Origin: a virus
Strand: one strand, 5' to 3'
IMG/VR virus record: IMGVR_UViG_3300033149_004566
Coordinates: 1 to 64,000 of that record
Length of the DNA stretch: 64,000 bases
The notes below the pieces were generated by a model. That model was not told the DNA's origin and did not search any database. It saw nothing but the letters and a program-made list of their open reading frames with translations. Each line of letters starts with the position of its first letter. The stretch's first letter is position 1. Both the position numbers and the translations under genes were made by a program. Shown one piece after another: positions 18,799 to 28,384 of this stretch.

Positions 18799-18853
18799 GG
18801 TATAGATTTGGTATAAATTGGGTATAGAGTTGGCATAGATTTGGTACAAAATA
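18799..18853. repeat. Five tandem 11-bp iteron-like repeats
   Basis: GGTATAGATTT, GGTATAAATTG, GGTATAGAGTT, GGCATAGATTT, GGTACAAAATA at exact 11-bp spacing. Confidence 0.8.
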
Positions 18854-18989
18854 TTATTAGTCTATTATCTAAAATGCAAAAAAACGCAATTTTTGACAAA
18901 CATCGCTTCGTGTTTTGAAAAATACCTAACCCGCGCAACATCATTACACTGTTATGTATTTTTTATAAAAAAATATATTTTTGAACAAA

Positions 18990-20345
18990 TCAAGCACGAC
19001 CATCATTTCTCATGACTTTATTCAGGCCCTTTTCCGTTATCCACACGCGGGCTCTCTTGGTTCCTTTTGTCTCTATAAGGCCCAATTTTTTCATTTTATT
19101 AATCTCTTGCTTGCGTATCGTTTCTTTTGCCAGACCGGTGTTGTTTTTTATAAAAGTCACCAATTCATCATAAAGAACGCTCTCCTTGTAAGACGTGGCA
19201 TTCGTATCGTAAAGATATTTCAACGACTGGATCATGTTTTCTTCGAGATTTCTCGAAACGCTTGCAGTGGCCCATTCTTCAACAAATTTTAACGACGAAT
19301 TTACCATCCAATATAGATATTTTCCAGCGCGAGTTATGTCATCAACTTCAACTTGTTCGTGCCTTTCCATGATGGAAATGATGGATGAAACTCTCAACAT
19401 GTTCCTCATTATATCAGACTGCATGGAATTTAAAAGATCATTTGCCGGGCCGATGATCTTGCCTATCAACCTCTTGTTGATTTTATTTGTCATGCTGAAC
19501 ATCTCCTCCATCGTGCCATCCGTAAATTCAACCACGTTGTTTCTCCTCACGTAAGTTTCCAGCGATGACGAGCCCTTCAAGTCACACAGAAACTTGATCC
19601 ATTTCTTCCAAGAACTATTTAACCTCGTCTCATTTACCACGTTTATGACCTTTTCTCCGAGCCCATTCCAGACTTCATCCATCGATGGTTTTATATATAA
19701 TAATATTCCCCTCCGCATCAGCCCGGTAGAAAGCGTGCTAAAATCTATTGGCATCGGTTGCATGAAGAATACGATGGTGCAAGTCGGCCTGTAACGTATT
19801 GGATCATCGAACGACACGTCTACACGATGTTTTATGACTTCATTGTTTCCTATCGTGTTCATGGCTTTTTTTAGAGTCGACCTTATTTCTTCTTTTCGTT
19901 CGTCTTTTAATATAACCTGTGCCTCATCAAATGCCACGAAATCCTTTGATAAAATTCCTTTATTGTCTTTCATCACGTCTATAAATTTTTTCTTCGACTT
20001 TCCAATGACGTAATCTGGATTATCTTCCCTCGACACGACCTTTTTACCTATCAGATGATCCACGTGCAATCGATCGCTCGTGCTAAAAACCTCGTTTGGA
20101 ATGTGCGTGATAGTGGTATTCATCATGTCATAAATGCTGGTCTTTCCGGTTCCGGCACGCATTATGTAAAAAGCGTGCAACCTTCCATCTATTAACTCCT
20201 TACCAAAATATAATGGATAAAATCTTCTCGCATGACAGGTGAGTACAAAAAACGTGGATATCTTGATGACATCATAACTTTTCCCGTACAAGTCCCACAA
20301 GTTCAAGAAATTATCATACACTGGATGATCTATGTAGAGATCCAT
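18990..20345 (-). CDS. MCM-like AAA+ replicative helicase with C-terminal winged helix
   Basis: Walker A AGTGKTS, Walker B VAFDEA, LKKAMN, LMRRG arginine finger. Confidence 0.7.
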   Translation of the reverse strand: MDLYIDHPVYDNFLNLWDLYGKSYDVIKISTFFVLTCHARRFYPLYFGKELIDGRLHAFYIMRAGTGKTSIYDMMNTTITHIPNEVFSTSDRLHVDHLIGKKVVSREDNPDYVIGKSKKKFIDVMKDNKGILSKDFVAFDEAQVILKDERKEEIRSTLKKAMNTIGNNEVIKHRVDVSFDDPIRYRPTCTIVFFMQPMPIDFSTLSTGLMRRGILLYIKPSMDEVWNGLGEKVINVVNETRLNSSWKKWIKFLCDLKGSSSLETYVRRNNVVEFTDGTMEEMFSMTNKINKRLIGKIIGPANDLLNSMQSDIMRNMLRVSSIISIMERHEQVEVDDITRAGKYLYWMVNSSLKFVEEWATASVSRNLEENMIQSLKYLYDTNATSYKESVLYDELVTFIKNNTGLAKETIRKQEINKMKKLGLIETKGTKRARVWITEKGLNKVMRNDGRA

Positions 20346-20986
20346 TCCTCTCTCACCTTATCGTATATGAGCGATGCGGTCTGCTTACCTATATTCGGAA
20401 CCTGCATTAATTCCTCTACGGATGCATTAATTATGTTATAAACGTTTCCGAATTGTTTTAAAAGCAACTTTCCGTTTTTCTGTCCGATTCTCGGAAGAGA
20501 CATCACCATGGATAACACCTCGTCATTTTTAATTCTATGCACTTTGGGAACTGGCTCGTAAGTTCCCTTGTCAATCTTTTCAAAAATTTTCTTCACTACA
20601 TACGTGAAATCGTCCGTGCCAGACACCATGAAAATTGACACGTTAGACCTCGCCATCACGCTTGCAATGGCAGATTTCACGGCAGCCCATTTTATGAACT
20701 TGTACTTGTTCATTGCCACGAGTTTTTTCCACGTGTGTTTCAGGTTTCCAACAATTCCTATCATGCACTTTTTAAAATTTCTATCCATGTTGATTACCTG
20801 TCGCTGTAATCGCCCATCGACAATAGATGATATGAAGTCGCCGCATTCTTTTCTTTCAATACAAATACTACGGTCAAGATCTATTACATCACCAATTTCT
20901 AATCTTTGGACTTCATATTTTATCTTGTGTCGATCAAACGACTTCCTTATTTCTTCGGGTTCTCTATCATCTAAGAGGATCGGCAT
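20330..20986 (-). CDS. ERCC4/XPF-type structure-specific nuclease with tandem HhH
   Basis: DDRE, LEIGD, IERKECGDF, DGRLQRQ; LPRIG and VPNIG HhH motifs. Confidence 0.9.
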   Translation of the reverse strand: MPILLDDREPEEIRKSFDRHKIKYEVQRLEIGDVIDLDRSICIERKECGDFISSIVDGRLQRQVINMDRNFKKCMIGIVGNLKHTWKKLVAMNKYKFIKWAAVKSAIASVMARSNVSIFMVSGTDDFTYVVKKIFEKIDKGTYEPVPKVHRIKNDEVLSMVMSLPRIGQKNGKLLLKQFGNVYNIINASVEELMQVPNIGKQTASLIYDKVREEWIST

Positions 20987-21642
20987 CCTACTATTAACTC
21001 CTTCATAGTAACTATCTCATCAAATCCAAACCATTTCAACCACGTCTGAACAAAATTAGCATTGCTCTTGTTTTTACGCAACATCCTGGTATTGCTTTTA
21101 CATTTTTTAAAATGATCCGTGGTAATCAAGCACTTTGCAGCCCGTTTTGATATCTGTTTTAACATCAACATCGGATCCACCGCTTTTTCCAGGACTTCAT
21201 ACATTATTATCGTGCCATACATGTTCTCTATCGGAACCACGTCGTATCTCCCGTTAATCATCTCCGCGATGCTCAAAGATATGGATCTGATATCCGACGG
21301 CACGACGTGCATTTTTCCCATGGCACTCAAGTAATACGCGTTAAAACCACCACAATCTCTAAACGTCAAGACGTTATCAATTGCACCGAACGTCAACATG
21401 GCATCATAAGCGGCGTGCAAAAATGGTACCCTTTTCTCTATATTTTTAAGATCGTCAAAGATCACGGATATCGACCTGCTGTACCAGCCGTCAATTGCGC
21501 TCTGAGTTATTTCCACGTTTAAAAATTCCCTTCTCACGTGCAAGTGAGGAACTCTCAAATACGTTTCGTAGGTATCGTCGTCTATTTCAAAAGTTTCCTT
21601 CAAAAAATCTCCGACCGTTTCCTTTAACGTCTCAAATATCAT
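20971..21642 (-). CDS. Degenerate class I methyltransferase-like protein
   Basis: YEVLEKAVDP..MLKQI resembles post-motif II of SAM MTases; glycine loop degenerate. Confidence 0.4.
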   Translation of the reverse strand: MIFETLKETVGDFLKETFEIDDDTYETYLRVPHLHVRREFLNVEITQSAIDGWYSRSISVIFDDLKNIEKRVPFLHAAYDAMLTFGAIDNVLTFRDCGGFNAYYLSAMGKMHVVPSDIRSISLSIAEMINGRYDVVPIENMYGTIIMYEVLEKAVDPMLMLKQISKRAAKCLITTDHFKKCKSNTRMLRKNKSNANFVQTWLKWFGFDEIVTMKELIVGCRSS

Positions 21643-21976
21643 TTAACATGTCCTCCATTTCCATCATCACGTACCTGGGAATGCATCCCACCTTGTATTT
21701 TCTCGAAAATCCGCTCATTATGCATTCCCTTTTCACGCGGTTTTTTAAAAAAAACATGCAGAGATATTCCCTGAGGAACATCCTATTGACGTGTTTTATG
21801 GCGTCGCTTTCTCCTACATCTTCCATGTTGATAATTATCCTGTCATCAATATTCCACGCAACGCGACTACTGTCTTTAGAAACGACATCAACGTCCATTA
21901 ATAACATTCTCCTAATTTTTAAGGAAATGCGTGTAAGAGCCCAATGGAAATATTCCAACTTTCGACAACATTTCAT
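21632..21976 (-). CDS. Hypothetical protein (start probably later)
   Basis: Fills gap between MTase genes. Confidence 0.45.
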   Translation of the reverse strand: MKCCRKLEYFHWALTRISLKIRRMLLMDVDVVSKDSSRVAWNIDDRIIINMEDVGESDAIKHVNRMFLREYLCMFFLKNRVKRECIMSGFSRKYKVGCIPRYVMMEMEDMLNDI

Positions 21977-22649
21977 AGAGGCTGAAAATGTTCATTCCCA
22001 TGTATTTTTTTAGATGACTGGGATTCGACCTATTATCCTGTGGATTCAAGGGAAAAGTCACCCGCAAGAATAGGTGTCCGTCGTGTTTTAACAAGTTTGA
22101 AATTTGCTTGATCTCGTACTCCAAGTCATTACAATGCTCCAACACGTCGTGGCAAATGACGCAGTCAAATTTTTCATCTGGTATTTCTCTTAAAAATCTT
22201 ACAGTTGCGCCGTGTTTTTCAGCTCTGAACCTTGCAAATTCTTGTACTCTTTCACCTATATCATAAGACGTTATATCGTGGCCCATCTCTGAAATTCTAA
22301 TGTCTAAAGATCCTATACCACCACCATAATCTAAAATCTTCATCTTTGGCGCATTTTTCAAGAAATGAAGTACTTCAAATGAATATATTTCATATTTAGT
22401 CATTTGTTTGCCATCAAACAACATTTTTTTATCATCGCTATGCCATTTAGCCATGTCAAACGCTGCAAACATGGATTTCTTATAAAAATCCTTGATTTCT
22501 TCATCACCTTTCGGTGGATGTGGCCCAAAAAGCCTGTTCCATTCTTCCATGTAATATCTATCGCCATTTTCCAAGTAATGAAGTGTCTCATCTTCAGGAA
22601 AATGAAAAAACTCCGCAAGTTCTTTTACCATTTCATTCTTATCATACAC
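21912..22649 (-). CDS. Class I SAM-dependent methyltransferase
   Basis: ILDYGGGIG, FDCVICHDVLEH, LLKHDG. Confidence 0.9.
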   Translation of the reverse strand: MYDKNEMVKELAEFFHFPEDETLHYLENGDRYYMEEWNRLFGPHPPKGDEEIKDFYKKSMFAAFDMAKWHSDDKKMLFDGKQMTKYEIYSFEVLHFLKNAPKMKILDYGGGIGSLDIRISEMGHDITSYDIGERVQEFARFRAEKHGATVRFLREIPDEKFDCVICHDVLEHCNDLEYEIKQISNLLKHDGHLFLRVTFPLNPQDNRSNPSHLKKYMGMNIFSLYEMLSKVGIFPLGSYTHFLKN

Positions 22650-22803
22650 CCGGCATTCCTCCCGAGCTTTTCTCTATTATTTTTATCAGGGATCTTTCTA
22701 TTTTTTCAGCCAAGCATTCGACATGAAAATCCCTGACATCATTTATCGTCACTATATCGTCCCCGTCTTTAAACGGTTTTTTACATTTACTACACGTTCT
22801 CAT
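22642..22803 (-). CDS. Small zinc-finger protein (CxxC...HxxC, LIM-half-like)
   Basis: Hand-translated MRTCSKCKKPFKDGDDIVTINDVRDFHVECLAEK...; 53 aa. Confidence 0.55.
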   Translation of the reverse strand: MRTCSKCKKPFKDGDDIVTINDVRDFHVECLAEKIERSLIKIIEKSSGGMPGV

Positions 22804-22868
22804 GATCATCACTTTACAATGTCGCCGTGCCTTTTAAACTTTTCTACCACGTTTTTTCATATAAATCT

Positions 22869-23795
22869 CTAACAAATCCATTCTTTTTTACCTGATAAAA
22901 TAAAATTTATCAAATCGTTTATCTCTTTTTTACCGTGCGGCACTGGATGTGATGGATCATTTACATCTATAGCGTATATTCCACGTCCCAATATTAGATT
23001 CCAAGGCCGTATATCGTGATGGCCTTCCAATTTAACATCTTTTATCATGGAAACTATTTCGCCGCGCGTTGGATATATCCCATTCAATTGAATATATGTC
23101 CAAAGATTTATTCCGGGTATCCATTTTCTCTCTTCATTTTTTCTTTTTGAAACGTATATTTTTTCTTCGTAATTCGATATAACATATCCATTAAAATCGT
23201 ATTCGGTTCCATAACGCGTTGTTTTAATATCAATGTTGTTTTTAACACAATACATGGGTCTTTTCTTTAAAGGATCGACGTGTGATTCGATCAACGCATC
23301 TGGCACGCCCAAATCATTTATAATTAAATTATTTTCCTCGTACTTTTTACCCAACGATTTTTTTTCAACGGCCATTTCATATATGACGTGTTCAGCCAGT
23401 TTTTTGGACGCAACGTACACGTCATGAATATCTTCATCAAAATTATGAATCACGCTTAACAACAGGGCTATATCGAAATGAGAACACGACTTCAACGCAT
23501 TCAATTTTTCTACCGTCAATTTATCGTTCAATACGACAACATTTTTTAATTTATTGACCTTTATCGACAATAATATCTCATCCACGTATGTTGGTTCTAC
23601 CGCAATAAACACGCTTTCTGGAAAATCTATTGCTCCTCTAATGCAAAAATATCCAGAATTGGCTCCAATATCGAGCAATGTAAATGGTCTTTTATATTTT
23701 TGACAAATTCCACGTATCATTTTATATCTATCATTACATTCTCGAATGCCTTTACTAACGACCTTACCATTTATCCACGTATCTTGATAATTCAT
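22869..23795 (-). CDS. WbdD-like methyltransferase with C-terminal kinase-like segment
   Basis: YQ..RECNDRY..RPFTLLDIGANSGYF..FDIALLLSVIH..SH..RPMY..HHDIRPWNLIL..AIDV. Confidence 0.7.
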   Translation of the reverse strand: MNYQDTWINGKVVSKGIRECNDRYKMIRGICQKYKRPFTLLDIGANSGYFCIRGAIDFPESVFIAVEPTYVDEILLSIKVNKLKNVVVLNDKLTVEKLNALKSCSHFDIALLLSVIHNFDEDIHDVYVASKKLAEHVIYEMAVEKKSLGKKYEENNLIINDLGVPDALIESHVDPLKKRPMYCVKNNIDIKTTRYGTEYDFNGYVISNYEEKIYVSKRKNEERKWIPGINLWTYIQLNGIYPTRGEIVSMIKDVKLEGHHDIRPWNLILGRGIYAIDVNDPSHPVPHGKKEINDLINFILSGKKEWIC

Positions 23796-23806
23796 AGCAA
23801 CACTAT

Positions 23807-24361
23807 TTATAATTTTCTAAAAACAAATCCATTTATTGGATCTTCTTTATATTTTATGAATTTCAGGCCGCGGTCTTCCATGAATTTGATCCACCCCTCT
23901 TTTACAAATGTTGTGAGAGTGTCGACATCACATTTTTCCTGAAAAACAAAAAGCCCGTTCTTTTTAATGGCACGAACTATCAAAGGAACGTATTTTTTCT
24001 TATTTTCGAGATTTATGTGTTGTAAAACCGTGTTCATGAAAACCAAATCGAACTCTTCTTCGTAATCCAGGTCTCCGATGTTTAGCAACCTGAAATTTCC
24101 TTCCGGATATCTTTGTCTCGCGTAGTCTATGGCAGTATGACTTGCATCGACGCCAGTATATGTGCCGCCAGCAGCGACGAGTGCCGCATGCCAATTACCG
24201 ATGTTACAGCCCAAATCCAAGACTTTAAATTTTTCCGGCAATAAATATCTAAAATAATCAAATATTTCCGTATTTTCATTATGCTTGCGTTTCTTCCATT
24301 GATTTCTGGCTTCTTGACACCATGATATGTTATCATCACCTACAAAATCCATGACAATCAC
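23807..24361 (-). CDS. Class I SAM-dependent methyltransferase
   Basis: VLDLGCNIG, GVDAS, FDLVFMNTVLQH. Confidence 0.9.
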   Translation of the reverse strand: MIVMDFVGDDNISWCQEARNQWKKRKHNENTEIFDYFRYLLPEKFKVLDLGCNIGNWHAALVAAGGTYTGVDASHTAIDYARQRYPEGNFRLLNIGDLDYEEEFDLVFMNTVLQHINLENKKKYVPLIVRAIKKNGLFVFQEKCDVDTLTTFVKEGWIKFMEDRGLKFIKYKEDPINGFVFRKL

Positions 24362-25359
24362 TTCAATGCCAACACGTGTTTATGAGGATCTCCATTTCCA
24401 AAAATCATTACTTCTTTAAATCCGTGACGTTTTAAATCATCCGTAAGTGTTTTACTATCGGGATAATAACCCTCGGGATGCGGATATTTTGCATCCACAT
24501 ATGTATACATCATGAACAACTCGTTTGTAACGCGCGATATTCTCTCCAAAACATCGTCCTTATTTCCCAAACATTTACTACGGTGTTTCGTCAAAAAATG
24601 ATATATGGCTTGATTACACATAACAATATCATATTTTTTATCGAAGGGATAATCCCAAAATTCGCACACGTCAAACCTACAATTTTTTAACGGATAAATA
24701 TCGGCAAAATCACGAGCCAACTTTATCAAATACGGAATTAAATCAAATCCCACTACTTCTTTCGCTCCCTGCAACGCATATACTATTGAATACCATCCAG
24801 TATTACATGCAATATCAAGGACAGTTTTTCCAGTTGCAATATAACCCACTTTAAATCCTTTTAATATGGATTCACAGTCGTCTCTTCCGCACCATTGATA
24901 CTCGTCAGAAAAATTCCACGTTTGAAATAAATCCTTTTTACCCCGAATGTTGGATGGCTCTTTCATATTGTCCAATACATTTTTTATCCTTTTTTTCTGC
25001 TCATCATCGTAATTTAAAACCACTTCACGATATACCGGAATTTTTTTCAATCTGGCTAATCTTGCGGCAACAATTCTATGTATTCCAAGAGGTATGAAAT
25101 TTTCCTTGATGACTAATGGATGTCCCAATAATTTTCCAGGAAATACATCGTTATGTAAACTAACATCAATTCTATCGGGCATAAACCCATTATTTTTTAT
25201 AGATTCAACCAAATTGTCCATTGGATATCCAATTCCCCTTTCTTTAAATGTTTCAGGATGTAAAACCCATTCTCTCGCAAGATCGCTCGTATATTTATAT
25301 TTTGATAATGTCTCATTATCTAAAACCAAAGAATATTTTTCTACCATTTTGTTTAACAT
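24358..25359 (-). CDS. ParB-like N-terminal domain fused to SAM methyltransferase
   Basis: LVESIKNNGF..GIHRIVAA; VLDIACNTGW, GFDL, YDIVMC. Confidence 0.75.
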   Translation of the reverse strand: MLNKMVEKYSLVLDNETLSKYKYTSDLAREWVLHPETFKERGIGYPMDNLVESIKNNGFMPDRIDVSLHNDVFPGKLLGHPLVIKENFIPLGIHRIVAARLARLKKIPVYREVVLNYDDEQKKRIKNVLDNMKEPSNIRGKKDLFQTWNFSDEYQWCGRDDCESILKGFKVGYIATGKTVLDIACNTGWYSIVYALQGAKEVVGFDLIPYLIKLARDFADIYPLKNCRFDVCEFWDYPFDKKYDIVMCNQAIYHFLTKHRSKCLGNKDDVLERISRVTNELFMMYTYVDAKYPHPEGYYPDSKTLTDDLKRHGFKEVMIFGNGDPHKHVLALK

Positions 25360-26276
25360 TACATCACGTCTTCTTGACTTATAGGATTAACTGGAATGTC
25401 ATTCTCCTTCATGAAATTCCTGTAAAATTCCTTGTCTTCATCACTGGATATGAGTTTCAGCCACTTGAAAAACGCAATCACCTCACGATGCACCGGCGAT
25501 TCGTTGCCGTCCATTATATTCGGCAAATTTAGAATGAACTTCAGAATGCCTTTTGGCATGTCTTTTCGCTTTCTTATCGTTGCACGCAAGTCCTTCCATC
25601 TTTCGATACCGTATTTTTCGTACATCCATTGTCTAAACTCGCGCCACAGGCTTCCCTGCACGTTTATTCCGGATCCACAACAGAAATAATTCCGGGCACC
25701 GCGCTCTTCAACTTCCCATTCTTCTTTCAAATGATAAAAGAAACAATTTTTTGGAGCTCTCAACACGCATATGCCGCCGTGCAACGTCTCGTGCACCAAC
25801 CCGGTATATCTCGTGTTGGGCTCTCTTTTAAATAACAAAATCTTGTAGTTGCCACACGGCTCTGCAACGTACTTGGTGCCATCGGCACGCAACATTTCAT
25901 ACTGGTTATCGAATTCTACCTGATTGCATCCGATATTTTCGGCATCTTCTATTAATTTTCTAAACGATCTCACCGCGTCATCGTTGAACAATTCATCCGG
26001 ATCGCTGACCAGAATCCAGTCTCCAACCGGAACTTCGTTCACGTAATAGTTGCGATATTTCGAGAAATAGTCGATCCATTTTTTGTGAATCGTCCTGCAA
26101 TTCATGGATTCGAGCCATTTTAACGACTCGTCGTCCACGTCATCATGAATGATTATGCACTCGTCAACCCAGGGACGAACCTGGGTCACGCATTTCTTCG
26201 TCTGTTCCATACGTTCTCCATAAGTGCATTGACAGTAATATATCTTGTTCATCAAACCAACTCCTTTTTCCACCAT
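25359..26276 (-). CDS. Family 2 glycosyltransferase
   Basis: VDECIIIHD, FSKYRN, WILVSDPDE, YTGLVHE. Confidence 0.85.
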   Translation of the reverse strand: MVEKGVGLMNKIYYCQCTYGERMEQTKKCVTQVRPWVDECIIIHDDVDDESLKWLESMNCRTIHKKWIDYFSKYRNYYVNEVPVGDWILVSDPDELFNDDAVRSFRKLIEDAENIGCNQVEFDNQYEMLRADGTKYVAEPCGNYKILLFKREPNTRYTGLVHETLHGGICVLRAPKNCFFYHLKEEWEVEERGARNYFCCGSGINVQGSLWREFRQWMYEKYGIERWKDLRATIRKRKDMPKGILKFILNLPNIMDGNESPVHREVIAFFKWLKLISSDEDKEFYRNFMKENDIPVNPISQEDVM

Positions 26277-27133
26277 TTAACGGTACGTTCAATACCATCG
26301 CTCCAACTAACGCGGGGTCTCCACCCCATGGTTCTCATCTTCACGTAATTAAGTCCCTGATGCACGATTTCTCTCACGTTGTTTTCTTTTTTAACATGCA
26401 ACAATTCCGATGAAGGAAAGAATCGCGCCAAATCCTTCACGACTTCTTCTTGTGTCTTTCTAACACCGGTTCCGACGTTCCAAGCTTCGCCAGCCGTTGT
26501 ATCAATGTGATCCATGAGAAAGATGAGAGCATCAACAACATCATCCACGTAAATGTATTCTCTCGTGGATGCATCATCATAAATCACGGCCTTGTTCTTG
26601 GCAATTAAACACCGCAGGGTGTTGGGAATAATCCTCTTATTTTTATCGCCGGGCCCGTACACGTTAACTGATCTCATCACTGTAGCGTTCACGTTCATTT
26701 CATTCGCAAATATTAACGTCGCCTGATCCGCTGCAGCTTTAGTAGCACCGTAGATGTCGATCGGCCTTAACGGGCAATTTTCATCCGTCGGTATTACATC
26801 AGCATTGCCGTATACTTTATCGGTGCTCATCACCACGACGTCGATATCATACCTGGACGCCACCCTAAGGACGTTTAACGTGCCAATTACATTTGTATTA
26901 TATGACGTCCACGGAATTCTCTTGGCCCGAGCGACAATCGTTTCCGCGGCAAGATGATATATCTTCCTCACGTCTTTTTTTACAACTATCTCGTTCAATC
27001 TATCATGGTCAGTCACGTCACCAACAACGTCGCGTTCTTCTCTAGATCCGTAACGCGTCAGACCCCACGCATCGAGACGTTTTCTCAGATGGCTTCCGAT
27101 GAAGCCGCTACTTCCCGTTACCAATACTTGCAA
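26252..27133 (-). CDS. NAD-dependent nucleotide-sugar epimerase/dehydratase
   Basis: TGSSGFIG, HLAA, STDKVYG, YGATK, NVYGPGD. Confidence 0.92.
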   Translation of the reverse strand: MQVLVTGSSGFIGSHLRKRLDAWGLTRYGSREERDVVGDVTDHDRLNEIVVKKDVRKIYHLAAETIVARAKRIPWTSYNTNVIGTLNVLRVASRYDIDVVVMSTDKVYGNADVIPTDENCPLRPIDIYGATKAAADQATLIFANEMNVNATVMRSVNVYGPGDKNKRIIPNTLRCLIAKNKAVIYDDASTREYIYVDDVVDALIFLMDHIDTTAGEAWNVGTGVRKTQEEVVKDLARFFPSSELLHVKKENNVREIVHQGLNYVKMRTMGWRPRVSWSDGIERTVKWWKKELV

Positions 27134-27938
27134 CTCTCAAATACCTCCTTAAATCGTCTTTAAGATCGTCTTCAGCTTCGTGAAGATAATCGTAAAATTT
27201 CATTTTTTCCATCGTCATGTTTCCGTGATGAATGATGTTGTACCGCGTGTAAACTGGATTTTTCGGCGAAAGAACTTCATGAACCGGTCTACTCCACGTC
27301 AGACTTTTCTTATACAGCCTGCACTGCCAATCTGGATAATCAAACATCTTTTCATTTATCCTGCGAAAATAAAAAGCGTCGTTGTCCGGATTTTGTTCTA
27401 TGAGAGATTTTAGATTTTTTCTTCCCACGTATTCCATCGTCTCATCGGCATCCAGCGTGAAAAGCCACTCGTGCTTTGCTATGGACGCCGCAAAATTTCG
27501 CAATTCGCTAAAAGATCCGTTAAAACTCGTCTTTATGAACTTGATCGGCATTCCAACGTATAAAGACACGTCAAAATCGAACGGATAATCGGTTTCGTGG
27601 AGTATCATCACTTCATCAACGTGCCTCGCCACCTGTCTTATCGTCCTGTAAATGGTGTTCCACTCGTCCTTCAGTATCTGATAGAACGTTATCTTCGTGG
27701 TTTTTTTGACGCGATCTATCAGATCGCCATATATGTCGTACTCTTCAAGTCTCAACATGGATCCGAAATAATTTTTATATTCAAATATTTCCATCAGATT
27801 GCAATTGTTGCAATACGCTTTCGCCATAAGAGCTTCTCTATTATAATCCGTTCTCAACCCGAAATGTATGTTTCCTTTATGACAATTCGGACACTTGAAC
27901 GTTTTTTTATTCTTGCGTTTCTTTTTACGCTTCGTCAT
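27108..27938 (-). CDS. Elf1-like zinc ribbon fused to family 2 glycosyltransferase
   Basis: MTKRKKKRK..FKCPNC..AYCNNC..EEYDIYGDLID followed by FSELRN, WLFTLDADE, PVHE. Confidence 0.75.
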   Translation of the reverse strand: MTKRKKKRKNKKTFKCPNCHKGNIHFGLRTDYNREALMAKAYCNNCNLMEIFEYKNYFGSMLRLEEYDIYGDLIDRVKKTTKITFYQILKDEWNTIYRTIRQVARHVDEVMILHETDYPFDFDVSLYVGMPIKFIKTSFNGSFSELRNFAASIAKHEWLFTLDADETMEYVGRKNLKSLIEQNPDNDAFYFRRINEKMFDYPDWQCRLYKKSLTWSRPVHEVLSPKNPVYTRYNIIHHGNMTMEKMKFYDYLHEAEDDLKDDLRRYLRVASIGNGK

Positions 27939-28148
27939 TCAAATCACTTTCGGTTTCGGTCTTTTTTTCAATATGCCGTATTTTTCCATCAATCTTGCCG
28001 TCCAACCCCGCGTGTCCATGCGATCATTTATGGTAGAATATGCATCCCTAGATCTGGATCCCCTAACATGGTTAAAATTATGAACGCACTGGGCACAGAC
28101 GGCCATTCCGTACCAATAACAATCTTTTTTATCGCACTCTATTTTCAT
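27939..28148 (-). CDS. Small Cys-rich protein
   Basis: C-x4-C..CxxC; coupled ORF. Confidence 0.55.
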   Translation of the reverse strand: MKIECDKKDCYWYGMAVCAQCVHNFNHVRGSRSRDAYSTINDRMDTRGWTARLMEKYGILKKRPKPKVI

Positions 28149-28384
28149 CCGTACTGTACACTCTTGCTGCGTTTTTCATGTTCGGCCCGTATCCTTTCCA
28201 TGACCAATTCGTTGAAAATTGCGTCCACGATGGTATGCGTGTAAAAAGATACAGCTTCATTAATTTGTGGATCTATTATACCTCTTTTATGTAATTCATC
28301 CACGAAGTGTGCAACCAATTCAGCAGTCGCGTCAGTAGCTTCAACTATTCTTCTCCATATAACGTCTTTTATACCGTATTTCAT
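28145..28384 (-). CDS. Hypothetical protein
   Basis: Coupled ORF. Confidence 0.6.
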   Translation of the reverse strand: MKYGIKDVIWRRIVEATDATAELVAHFVDELHKRGIIDPQINEAVSFYTHTIVDAIFNELVMERIRAEHEKRSKSVQYG

